A DNA stretch of 63,984 nt, filler included, from an uncultured Myxococcia bacterium (GTDB lineage: Bacteria; CAZTWC01): the NCBI GenBank assembly GCA_964617105.1. It is 3 parts of 3 records of this genome, joined end to end, with 100 filler letters (N's around TTAATTAATTAA, not from the genome) between each part and the next. Parts side by side here need not be neighbours in the genome. Positions count along the whole stretch, not along the records: positions 1 to 23,653 come from CAZTWC010000024.1; 2 more parts are not named here. The stretch is one strand, 5' to 3'. This document shows positions 12,103 through 21,493 of the stretch, piece by piece (within the stretch, counting starts at the first letter, position 1; every line of letters begins with the position of its first letter). The notes beneath the pieces are model-generated. The model worked only from the letters and a program-made list of their open reading frames with translations. It ran no database searches and was not told the origin of the DNA. The position numbers and the translations under genes were made by a program.

Positions 12103-14979
12103 ATGTCAAACCGATTACCATATCAAGCAACATCTGTTGCATCTTGCTTATCCTATAGAGCGTCTGTTGAGGCCGGGGCCGAGAAAGGTCATCCCCTCTT
12201 CGGGACGTTGCGACATCTGCCACTTAACAGGACACCCGCCAGTTTATTTATCCTAATCTGCCTTAATGTCCTTCTTTTGTCTTGTGGTTTCTACCCTCCT
12301 CCCTATTGTAATACCGATGAGAAGTGTCAACCGCTTATAACCGGAAATTTGTGTCAAAATAACCGTTGTACCCCTGCTCATATTTGTTTTTCCCGTGAAG
12401 AGTGCGGAGAAAATCAGTTTTGCCACTCCCATCGCTGCCATTTTGATGAGCGGTCTTGCCTGGTAGATTTACATTGCCAGAAACCCCAGGAATGTTTGCA
12501 TAATCGGTGCCGAACCAGGTGTGAAGACAAAAACCAGTGCGCACCTGGATTTGTATGTAAACGAGGTACCTGTGAGAGATATTGGGTATGCCTTCAGGAT
12601 AAAAATTGCCCATCCGGAATGATTTGTCAGGATGAACACTGTGTTTATATGACAGCGGAATGTGGCCTCAATAAAAGTTGCCGGACTGGATATTCATGCT
12701 TGCAGGGCAAATGTGAACCCGACCAATGCACCAGCGATGAGCAGTGCGGAGAAAAAGGGGTATGCCAACAGTCCACTGGCAAATGTGTCGAGGTTGAGTG
12801 CCGTAATGACAGCCACTGCCCCTTGGGAATGGTCTGTCAGAACGAACGTTGTATTTATAAGGTATTGGATGAGTGTGACCTGCAAAAAGAATGTCCCCCG
12901 GGATACACTTGCTTGCAGGGTAAATGTCAACTTGACCAATGTACCAGCGATTCTCATTGCGGAGAAAAAGAGATCTGCCAGCAGACCACCGGCAAATGTA
13001 TTGAAGTTGAGTGTAAAGGTGATGAGCATTGTCCGGCCCGGCGCCAGTGTGATCTGAATGTATATAAGTGCCAGCCAGACCAGGGTTGTTTCAAAGATAG
13101 TGACTGCGAAGAGAAGGAGGTTTGCCAGTTAGACAGCGGTCTATGCCTCCCGGTGGAATGTCGTTTGGACCACCATTGCCAGGCTCGCTATATTTGTGAC
13201 CTACAGCAGCATAATTGTATTCCAGACGCTGGATGCCATGCCCTTGAAGATTGCCCGGATAAAAATATCTGTGTTCAGGAAACCGGCAAATGCCAGCCTG
13301 TGGATTGCACCAAAGATGAACATTGTCCTTTTCGTCATATTTGCCATTTTACACTCTATAAATGTCAACCGGATCAAGGGTGCCGTAATAACAGCGGCTG
13401 TTCTCCTACACAGATCTGCCAGTTCGAAAGTGGCAAGTGTCTAGAGGTAGAATGCCGTCTGGATGAGCACTGCTCAGATGGAAAAATTTGCCAAATTAGT
13501 TCTAATAATTGTATTGATGATAAGGGCTGTCACAGTAATGCCGACTGCGGCGCTTTGGAAGTTTGTCTTCTTGCGAGCGGTAAATGCAGCCCCGTGGAGT
13601 GCCGCCTGAACTTTCACTGTAGCGAAAAGCAGTATTGTGATGTAACCAGTCATAAATGCCTTCAAATTAGTGATGATGGCTGTAAAAGCGACCAAGATTG
13701 CCAGGCTCGTTATCTTTGCCACCTGGGAGAGGGGCGTTGTTTACCGGATGGCGGTTGTTTTAGCGATGCTGACTGTAAACGTAACAGTATCTGTGATTAT
13801 AAGAGCGGAAATTGTATTTCTGCTCAGGGTAATTGCCTGTCAGATACCGATTGTCCTTCTGGCCAGGAGTGTGATCTAATAAAAAATGTTTGTTATACCT
13901 CTTCGGGATGCAAACAAGACAGCGATTGCCCCTATCGTTATCTTTGCGAGATCAATAGCGGTCTTTGTCTTCCCCAGGGCGACAGTTGTAAGAGTGACGG
14001 CGATTGCTGTAAACCGGGTGAGATTATTTGCGAAATTTGTATTGATGATAAATGTGTACCACCCAAATGCTTGAATAACAGTAACTGTAGACCAGGCTAT
14101 ATTTGCCAAAGCGGTCGCTGCCAGTCTCAAAGTTGCACTGATGACAGCGAGTGCCGGCAAGATTTTACCTCTCAGAATTATATTTGCGATAAGAGCCAGT
14201 GTGGACAGGCTCAATGCCTGGATGACCTGGACTGTCCTCAAGATTTTGTCTGCCTGTCCAACCGCTGCAAATATTCGGGCTGCAGCCAGGATGCTCAATG
14301 TGGTCCGGATGCCAGATGCATAAAGGGTAAGTGCATCTCTATGGAATGTAAAAATGATACCAACTGTCCCGGCGACATGATCTGTGAAAGTTTCAAGTGC
14401 GGGGTAGCCCAGTGCCATAACAACTCTCAGTGTGAAATCGGCAAAGAGTGCCGGCAAGGCCGCTGTGAGGAGGTAAAGTGTACCTACCAGGGCCATTGCC
14501 CCCAGGGATTTCAGTGCAATAACCAGGGACAGTGTGAAAAGGGACCGGAGGGGTGTAATTTTTCCGGCCAATGCCCAACCTTCCATCTATGTGTTGACAA
14601 AAAATGTCAATTACCGGAAACCACTGATCTGTGTCGCAATTGTGAAAAGAATTCCGATTGCGGCGGTGCCTCTAATCATTGCCTGGTAAATTCTGATACC
14701 CAGGAGCAATTCTGCGGATCTGATTGTGGCCGCGGGCAGGATTGCCCATCTGGATTCTACTGCCAGGCCCTGGGCATAGAAGGCGGTGACGGCAAACCGG
14801 TAGATCGTCAATGTATTCCAGTAGGCGGCACCTGTACCAGGTTTTGCAGTCAGGATTCAGATTGTAAAGATCCTGGGGACAAATGTAATGACCGGGTTTG
14901 TGGCCCTCCCGACCAAAAATGTTCTTTTAATCTTGACTGTCCAAAAGGTAAAACCTGTGTTGGTGGCCGGTGTATATAG
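12103..14979 (+). CDS. Giant cysteine-rich repeat lipoprotein (start uncertain: ATG 12103 or TTG 12208)
   Basis: Hydrophobic segment ending LLLSC, then dozens of C-x5-C-x5-C-x4/6-C units. Confidence 0.85.
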   Translation: MSNRLPYQATSVASCLSYRASVEAGAEKGHPLFGTLRHLPLNRTPASLFILICLNVLLLSCGFYPPPYCNTDEKCQPLITGNLCQNNRCTPAHICFSREECGENQFCHSHRCHFDERSCLVDLHCQKPQECLHNRCRTRCEDKNQCAPGFVCKRGTCERYWVCLQDKNCPSGMICQDEHCVYMTAECGLNKSCRTGYSCLQGKCEPDQCTSDEQCGEKGVCQQSTGKCVEVECRNDSHCPLGMVCQNERCIYKVLDECDLQKECPPGYTCLQGKCQLDQCTSDSHCGEKEICQQTTGKCIEVECKGDEHCPARRQCDLNVYKCQPDQGCFKDSDCEEKEVCQLDSGLCLPVECRLDHHCQARYICDLQQHNCIPDAGCHALEDCPDKNICVQETGKCQPVDCTKDEHCPFRHICHFTLYKCQPDQGCRNNSGCSPTQICQFESGKCLEVECRLDEHCSDGKICQISSNNCIDDKGCHSNADCGALEVCLLASGKCSPVECRLNFHCSEKQYCDVTSHKCLQISDDGCKSDQDCQARYLCHLGEGRCLPDGGCFSDADCKRNSICDYKSGNCISAQGNCLSDTDCPSGQECDLIKNVCYTSSGCKQDSDCPYRYLCEINSGLCLPQGDSCKSDGDCCKPGEIICEICIDDKCVPPKCLNNSNCRPGYICQSGRCQSQSCTDDSECRQDFTSQNYICDKSQCGQAQCLDDLDCPQDFVCLSNRCKYSGCSQDAQCGPDARCIKGKCISMECKNDTNCPGDMICESFKCGVAQCHNNSQCEIGKECRQGRCEEVKCTYQGHCPQGFQCNNQGQCEKGPEGCNFSGQCPTFHLCVDKKCQLPETTDLCRNCEKNSDCGGASNHCLVNSDTQEQFCGSDCGRGQDCPSGFYCQALGIEGGDGKPVDRQCIPVGGTCTRFCSQDSDCKDPGDKCNDRVCGPPDQKCSFNLDCPKGKTCVGGRCI
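12139..12214 (+). repeat. Degenerate fragment of the MITE at 51502-51691, including the REP-like mini-hairpin
   Basis: gcatcttgcttatcctatagagcgtctgttgaggccg matches 51529-51565 at 29/37; followed by aaggtcatccc..gggacgttgcgac as at 51566-51592. Confidence 0.8.
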
Positions 14980-14999
14980 GGAGTTGCTGATTGTATAGC

Positions 15000-15902
15000 T
15001 TAAAGTTCTATCTCTTGTTTTTCGCGGGCAAAGAATAGTTGCAGCGGATGTCCCTTTTGTAGCATATTTTTTTGATGTTGGCGTTCCAGTTGTAATAGTT
15101 GGTTATCGGAGCGGAGCGGGTCGTGGTGAAAAAGAGCCAGTTTTTTGGCTTTTGCCTCCAGGGCATAATCTATGGCCTGGTTAATGGTGCTGTGGCCCCA
15201 ACCTCTTTTCTGAGGGTACTCTTCATCTGTGTATTGGGCATCATGGATGATTAAGTCAACCTCGCGGCAAAATTTGGTGTGCAATTGATTTGATTCTTTA
15301 GCAAACAGTTCCATGTCCTCTTGTTCATCTAAAAGGATAGATTCCTCTTCGACTCTATGATCAGATAGGGGATTGTAGTATGGTTCCATGTCTCCTGAAT
15401 AGTAGAGTGATTTGCCATCACACTCCACCTTGAAACCCAGGGTGGTTACTGTGTGGTTAGAATATTTAGTGGTTATTGTAAAATCACCGATTTCCAACAC
15501 CTCTTCTTGCAGGTCTATGTAAGAGATATCAGAAGCAAGTTCGGTATTTCTAACCGGAAAGTAGGAGTAGTCCATCTGGGTTTCCATAATCTGCACCAAT
15601 TTTTTTTCATAGTGCACCGGTCCATAGATGGTGATTTTTTTTCCAGGTATAAAAACCGGGACAAAGAAGGGGAAACCCTGAATATGGTCCCAATGAGTAT
15701 GGCTAATCAACAGATTTACCTGATTACTTTTCTCCTGGAGAATTTTATTGCCCAGTTCCCTGATGCCGGTACCGGCATCGAAAATTATCCGTTGGTTATT
15801 GTTTGACAGAACCTCGATGCAGGCGGTATTGCCCCCGAATTGTACTGTGGAAGGTCCTGGAGTCGCAATGGAACCTCTTACCCCCCAAAAGATCACTTTC
15901 AT
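15000..15902 (-). CDS. MBL-fold metallo-hydrolase (phosphodiesterase-like)
   Basis: WGVRGS, DAGTG, HTHWDH, HDAQY, GWGHS, LFHHDP. Confidence 0.9.
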   Translation of the reverse strand: MKVIFWGVRGSIATPGPSTVQFGGNTACIEVLSNNNQRIIFDAGTGIRELGNKILQEKSNQVNLLISHTHWDHIQGFPFFVPVFIPGKKITIYGPVHYEKKLVQIMETQMDYSYFPVRNTELASDISYIDLQEEVLEIGDFTITTKYSNHTVTTLGFKVECDGKSLYYSGDMEPYYNPLSDHRVEEESILLDEQEDMELFAKESNQLHTKFCREVDLIIHDAQYTDEEYPQKRGWGHSTINQAIDYALEAKAKKLALFHHDPLRSDNQLLQLERQHQKNMLQKGHPLQLFFAREKQEIEL

Positions 15903-15942
15903 TATTTTCTCCTTGTAGCCATTCAGAAACTCTGTTCGTCGT

Positions 15943-15978
15943 CTGACGCCGCAGGTGATCCCTTTAGGGACGCCATAA
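15943..15978. repeat. REP-like mini-hairpin repeat (atccctttagggac)
   Basis: ctgacgccgcaggtgatccctttagggacg is close to the reverse complement of 37530-37558 catccctaaagggatcactttcagcgtcag. Confidence 0.65.
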
Positions 15979-16002
15979 TGTAAATTTATTTCTGAGCGAG
16001 CC

Positions 16003-16905
16003 CTAAGTCTTTAAAAATATTGATGCTTTAACTATTTCTTCCGGAACTTGTTCAAAAACAGATACGATATCTTTTTTTTTCAAGGACAATTTATCCAATA
16101 CACCTTTTTTTATCACAACTGGGCTTTTATCGCTTCGAAAGCCAATATTGAGTCGGTTGCAAAAAATATCAGCAACATGAATCACTGCTGCGGTGGGAGA
16201 ATAGAAGTCATCGGCCAGGGGAGGATCGTGATGCAGGGATATGGCGGTTTGTAAAGGTTCGGAAAAACGCCATCTGAGGGCCAGCAAACCACCAATATCA
16301 GCATGGTTAAGGCCAAATTTATTAACTTCAAGATCAAGTGTCCGTTTACCGGTGATTTCAGCTTGTTCGATTATCTCCTTGAACTCCAGAGAACAAAAAT
16401 AGATAAGTAAAATTTTGCCAATATCATGGAGCAGTCCAGAGATAAAAAACTCTTCCAAGGATTTTTGAGGAATATTTATATGGTGCGCAATTAATCTGGA
16501 TGCCACAGCACAGGCTAGCGAGTGGCGCCATAAATCTTCTATATCAAAGCCGTGTATTTTCTTTTGCTGGCTGAACATACCAGCCACCGCAGAGGATAAG
16601 GCCAGATTTTTAATAGTATTTATGCCCAATAAAATGAGCGCCCGTCCCAGGGATGAGATTTGGCGGTCAAATCCAAAATAGGATGAGTTGATAAGTTTTA
16701 AGACCTTACTGGTTAAAATAGCATCGGTTTTTATAACTTTGATAAGATCGGGAGCAGAAGAGTTCATGTTATTTGCCACATCCAACAACTTAGAGACAGT
16801 TGGTGATAGACCTGGCATTTTATCGATATAACGGAATATCTTTTTAGTTATATGTTCAATCGATGGAGTTTTATTTTCCGGGGCCATATAATTAAATTCA
16901 GTCAC
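16003..16905 (-). CDS. HDOD domain protein
   Basis: D-x2-LTSKVLKLINSSYFG, LWRHSL, GLLHDIGK, HADIG, HH. Confidence 0.92.
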   Translation of the reverse strand: MTEFNYMAPENKTPSIEHITKKIFRYIDKMPGLSPTVSKLLDVANNMNSSAPDLIKVIKTDAILTSKVLKLINSSYFGFDRQISSLGRALILLGINTIKNLALSSAVAGMFSQQKKIHGFDIEDLWRHSLACAVASRLIAHHINIPQKSLEEFFISGLLHDIGKILLIYFCSLEFKEIIEQAEITGKRTLDLEVNKFGLNHADIGGLLALRWRFSEPLQTAISLHHDPPLADDFYSPTAAVIHVADIFCNRLNIGFRSDKSPVVIKKGVLDKLSLKKKDIVSVFEQVPEEIVKASIFLKT

Positions 16906-17662
16906 AAGGTGAGTTGATTAAAGCAGCAACCATGGCTGCTCCGAAACCGTTGTCTATATTAACTGTGCATACGCCGGCAGCACAACTGTTTAACATGGAT
17001 AAAAGGGCGGATAACCCCTGGAAATTCGCACCATATCCGACACTGGTGGGAACGGCGATTATCGGTCTGGCCACCAGTCCACCTATTACACTGGCCAGAG
17101 CCCCCTCCATCCCGGCTACTACTATTAACACTTTTGAACTATTTAACTCTTCCAAATAGCGGGTGATCCGGTGCAGCCCGGCTACGCCGATATCTTGAAT
17201 CAAACCTACCCGGTGACCTAAAAATTTAGCCACCAAAAAAGCCTCCTGAGCAACCGGCTGGTCTGATGTTCCGGCACTTACCACCGTAATTTTTCCAAGC
17301 CCTCTGTTTTCAGCCGGATTAAAGATGATGGTAAACAGTTTTGCTAAAGAATGATATTCAGATTTTGGATGAAGATCAAGTAATTTCTCCGCTTTGTTTG
17401 CATCTAATCTGGTGATAAGTAAATTATCTTCATTTTTAATATAATATTCGGCGATCTCCTTCAATTGCTGCTCAGTTTTCCCCTGACCAAAAATTACCTC
17501 ACAATAACCCTGCCGCAATTTTCTTTGGTTGTCGATATTGGTGTGTCCCAGACAATAAATATCGGCATATTTCATCTGATGGATGGCCTGATCTATATCG
17601 ATATCCCCCCTTTTTACCTGTTGGAGTATATTTTTTAATCCTTGCTCATCCATGTTATTCAT
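16898..17662 (-). CDS. larB: Nickel pincer cofactor biosynthesis protein LarB
   Basis: EVIFGQGKT, SAGTSD, DIGVAGLHR, AGMEGAL, PTSVGYG, VNIDNGFGA. Confidence 0.93.
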   Translation of the reverse strand: MNNMDEQGLKNILQQVKRGDIDIDQAIHQMKYADIYCLGHTNIDNQRKLRQGYCEVIFGQGKTEQQLKEIAEYYIKNEDNLLITRLDANKAEKLLDLHPKSEYHSLAKLFTIIFNPAENRGLGKITVVSAGTSDQPVAQEAFLVAKFLGHRVGLIQDIGVAGLHRITRYLEELNSSKVLIVVAGMEGALASVIGGLVARPIIAVPTSVGYGANFQGLSALLSMLNSCAAGVCTVNIDNGFGAAMVAALINSPCD

Positions 17663-18038
17663 TCTCTTTTACTTCTTCCTTAAAGACCAGCTCTACAACT
17701 TTTAAAAGTTTTTGCTGGTCAAACGGTTTAAGTATATAATCCTTAGCGCCTGCCTGTAAAGCATCTTTAATTAACCGATTTTTTCCCAGGGCGCTGATCA
17801 TAATTATTTTGGCATCCGGGTCAATAGATAAAATTTCCCTGGTGGCTTCAATTCCCCCTTTAAAGGGCATAACAATATCCATAGTAACTAAATCCGGGCG
17901 CAACTCCAGATATTTTTGTACCGCCTCCATCCCATTTGATGCCTCACCAACCACCTGGTACCCACCTCCCGTTAAAATTTTTTTTTTCATATATCTCATA
18001 TAAGTAGCATCATCCACCACTAGAATTGTTTTGGCCAT
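17655..18038 (-). CDS. Single-domain response regulator (CheY-like)
   Basis: ILVVDD, TMDIVMP, ISA, KPF. Confidence 0.9.
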   Translation of the reverse strand: MAKTILVVDDATYMRYMKKKILTGGGYQVVGEASNGMEAVQKYLELRPDLVTMDIVMPFKGGIEATREILSIDPDAKIIMISALGKNRLIKDALQAGAKDYILKPFDQQKLLKVVELVFKEEVKENE

Positions 18039-18116
18039 GTCATATATCCTTTATTTGTATCGAAAAGAATTGCCGGTATTTTAACCAGGTGAAATTGCCG
18101 AGAACTGTTTTGGTTC

Positions 18117-19203
18117 TTAAAAATGGCTGTATCCAGGCGGTTTTTTTTTATAACCTTTGAGGTGAGTGTCGCCTATCTTGGCCCAGTTTTCTTCATCCAG
18201 CCCTTTTAAAATAATTTGAGGTTTCCCTTCTGTTATCTGGCCGATCTCGGTTATTTTGTGGTTTAATTTTTTAGTCAGGGATTCTATTTTATCACATTTA
18301 TTTCCCGACACGGTAAAGCAAAGTTCAAAATCTTCGCCTCCGCACAGGACCATAGCCATAACTTCCAGCAGGTTCATACTCTGGAAAGTTGCGTATTCAC
18401 CCAATTCTTTGGAAATTGGTATCCGGTGTACATCAACCTGGGCGGTGCATCCACTCTCTTTTAAAAGGCGCCCCAGGTCTTTTAACAAACCGTCACTTAT
18501 ATCGATCATGGCTGAAGCCAGATTGTTTTTGTGTAAAAAACCACCGCTTTTTACCCGGTGTGATGGCCTGAGATGTACCTGTTTCAAGTAATTTATAGTT
18601 GGCGCCAGATGACCTGGATACTTGAGATTGTTCCTCTTTTTAAAGCAGTCTAAACCAGCAGTGCTATCTCCCAGGTTACCGGTGACAAATATCTTGTCTC
18701 CCGGATGAGCGCCTTTCCTTCTGACAAATGATCCAGAAGGGGAAATTGTTCCTATTACTGTTGCAGAAACCATAACCAATTCTGGGGAGGAACTCAGATC
18801 GCCTCCTACCAGGTCTATCCTCTCCTGCCGGCATATTTTTTTGATTTGCCGGGCAAAGGGTCGGATAAAAGATTCCGCTTTTTTTCGGGGAACAACTATA
18901 TTTAGAAAAATATATCTGGGAGTGGCACCCATGGCGNNNNNNNNNNAAATCGCTAAGGTTGATTGCCACCAGTTTGGCAGCCACATCGGCCGGTGAAAAA
19001 TAATTGAGATTAAAATCAACTTTATCCACCATGGTGTCGGTGGAAATAACCATTGACTCTGGCCCACGGGTAGCAATAACTGCCGCATCATCGCCTATGC
19101 CAAGGAGCAATTCTTCTTTAGGTGATGTTTCATCACAAAAAAGGTCTATAAAGTCCTCTTCCCGGCTTTTTAAAGTAGCGTCAATTACCGCAGATTTACT
19201 CAA
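18117..19203 (-). CDS. thiL: Thiamine-monophosphate kinase (frame split by N gap 18937-18946)
   Basis: GIGDDAA, NLSD[gap]AMGATP, GGDL, DISDGL, GGEDFEL across two ORF-track frames. Confidence 0.9.
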
Positions 19204-20609
19204 AAGTTCTCCTGTTCCATGGGGAGCAGTATTGAAAACCTGGAACCTTTGTCGACTTCGCTCTCCACTACCACCTTGCCCTTGTGCATCTCTACAAAGT
19301 TTTTTACAATACAAAGTCCAAGGCCGGCTCCTTCAAATTCTCTGGTAGAATTCTGATTCACCTGATAAAAGGCATCGAATATTTTTTCTTGAAGGTGGTC
19401 AGGTATGCCAACCCCCTGATCTTGCACTTCCACACAGTAGTAATGTTTTTCCAGGCTAAAGATAGACCCCGTTCCAGGGCTATTGCCGTCATCGGGTTCC
19501 GTTTCCTGCATTGTCACTGTTTCGTTGATAACAATTGTTGATTCTAGCGGAGAAAACTTAATGGCATTGTCAATCAGGTGGTTGATCATCTGTTTAATTT
19601 TATCCTTGTCAGCGATAATGTTACACTGCTTGCACTGCCTGTTTCTTTTAATCAATATCTGTTTTTTGCTGGCCACAGGGCCAATAGAATCCAGTACCGT
19701 GCTAATAATTTCGCTGGGATCTACTTCAGTTAATTGCAGGGAATAACCTTTTTTAACTATGCGACTCAATTCGATTAACTGGTTGATCATAATCATCAGG
19801 GCGTGGCTCTTTTCCATGATGATTCCCATGTATTTTTTCTGGCGCTCATTAATGGGGCCTATCATCTCCTCAGTTATCATCTCGCCATAGCCGATGATAG
19901 AGGTAAGTGGAGTACGGAGTTCGTGACTGATGGTGGCGACAAAGTTTGACTTCATCTTGTCCAACTCCTGCAGTTGCTCGTAAGCATCTTCCACTTCCTG
20001 GGTTTTCTTGGCCAGTTCGCGGTAGGAATCCTGGATGGACTGCAGGTGAAAATTTGAGGTCAAAAAGGTTTTATAGGCATTGAAAAGGAGAGTTTCCATC
20101 AGTTCAGAAAAATTTTGGCAGTAACTATCAATTTGTTCGGTCTGAAAAGAGCGAATTTCTATCTTATCAGGCAAAGATATATCAACATCTTTTAATTCGA
20201 TGATATTTTTCTGGGGGATTAGATCCCTGGCCATTAAACAAGGTCCGAATAGAGCAAATCCTAACAGGTCAAAATCATATTTTATGGTTTGAATTATAAA
20301 GGTCAAATCACCCAGGAGAAAGTAAAGGGAGGCGTCAAAATTGTCATTTTCATTGCCGGCTGGTTTAATTTGGGGCAATTGGGCAACTATTGCCTCCAGA
20401 ATATACTTCAAAGGTTTATTTGGTTTCCAATATAAACTGGCCTGGTGTCCCTGATAGGCAATAATATTGACTGTCAAACCGGTAATGGAGGTAAAATTTT
20501 GACAGAAATTCTGGAGGGAATCCTGGTCCAACAGGTTTTTAAACATGGGGGGTTCAAAGGTATTATCTGAAATCATCTCCATTTTTTGCCAATTCTCCAG
20601 CCTGGTCAA
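19200..20609 (-). CDS. Sensor histidine kinase with PocR-like N-terminal domain
   Basis: SHELRTPL, NAIKF, DQGVG, GAGLGL; N-terminal 'LLDQDSLQNFCQNFTSITGL' resembles PocR. Confidence 0.88.
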   Translation of the reverse strand: MTRLENWQKMEMISDNTFEPPMFKNLLDQDSLQNFCQNFTSITGLTVNIIAYQGHQASLYWKPNKPLKYILEAIVAQLPQIKPAGNENDNFDASLYFLLGDLTFIIQTIKYDFDLLGFALFGPCLMARDLIPQKNIIELKDVDISLPDKIEIRSFQTEQIDSYCQNFSELMETLLFNAYKTFLTSNFHLQSIQDSYRELAKKTQEVEDAYEQLQELDKMKSNFVATISHELRTPLTSIIGYGEMITEEMIGPINERQKKYMGIIMEKSHALMIMINQLIELSRIVKKGYSLQLTEVDPSEIISTVLDSIGPVASKKQILIKRNRQCKQCNIIADKDKIKQMINHLIDNAIKFSPLESTIVINETVTMQETEPDDGNSPGTGSIFSLEKHYYCVEVQDQGVGIPDHLQEKIFDAFYQVNQNSTREFEGAGLGLCIVKNFVEMHKGKVVVESEVDKGSRFSILLPMEQENF

Positions 20610-20627
20610 GTAGAAATCTCTTCCAAA

Positions 20628-21299
20628 TTAATTACTTGATGGTTTATTGTTCTTAAAAATTTGATCGATGTCGGTTAGAAACTGTTGCTTTTCCATTTTG
20701 AACTTGCGGTGAAAATCGTAACGCCGGTTCAGGGAATCCCACAGCAAACTGATAAGCCCCATAAAGGTATCGTGTACCCCCGCCAGCTCGATTGCTACGG
20801 CGGAGAACACCGGGTCTTTACTTGCGGTTTCCATTTTGGCCAACTCTTGGTCAGGAATGATGCCGGGCAGGTCGCGTTTATTGAATTGGATAACCACAGG
20901 AAAGTCTTTGGGAGTGATGTTGTTCTGTTTCAGGTTCTGATACATGTTCAGCCAGGATTGCCGATTTTCATCCCGTTTATTCAATTGGGAGTCAGCAATG
21001 AAAGCCACCCCGTCAGCCCCCTGTAAAACCAATTTCCGGGTAGAATTATGCATAACCTGTCCAGGCACTGTATAGATTTGTAGTTTGACCTGGAGGTTTT
21101 CCGCTTTTAACGATAAGGGTAACAGATCAAAAAACAGAGTCCGGTCATCTTTGGTATTGAGGGTAATCAATTTGCCCCGGTTGTTAATATCTATTAACTT
21201 ATGGATAGATTCCAGATTAGTGGTTTTTCCACTCAGGGCGGGACCGTAATAAACGATTTTTAAAATCAATTCCCGTTGTTGTATATTAAATTGAACCAT
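20628..21299 (-). CDS. MglA-like small GTPase
   Basis: KIVYYGPALSGKTTNL, RTLFFDLLP, YTVPGQV, NKRD. Confidence 0.9.
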   Translation of the reverse strand: MVQFNIQQRELILKIVYYGPALSGKTTNLESIHKLIDINNRGKLITLNTKDDRTLFFDLLPLSLKAENLQVKLQIYTVPGQVMHNSTRKLVLQGADGVAFIADSQLNKRDENRQSWLNMYQNLKQNNITPKDFPVVIQFNKRDLPGIIPDQELAKMETASKDPVFSAVAIELAGVHDTFMGLISLLWDSLNRRYDFHRKFKMEKQQFLTDIDQIFKNNKPSSN

Positions 21300-21493
21300 G
21301 TTGAAAATAGAAATACATTTTTAATTATTGATTAATATCTATAAAATATCATAGATGATATGGATCTAGCAATATTTTTTATCTTCCCTATGATAAATTG
21401 TTGCACTATTTTTTATAGATTGCTAAAATATAAAGTGCTATTTTATTTTTGTCCGAGAATTTACTTCGGTGAAGTACTGTTAAAAGGTGAACT

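Noticed and set aside
12661-13900. CRISPR-like periodic DNA repeats
   Set aside because: Periodicity is explained by coding Cys repeats; no identical repeats with unique spacers and no cas genes
18117-19314. Apparent thiL frameshift or pseudogene
   Set aside because: The frame change coincides with a 10-N placeholder gap (18937-18946)
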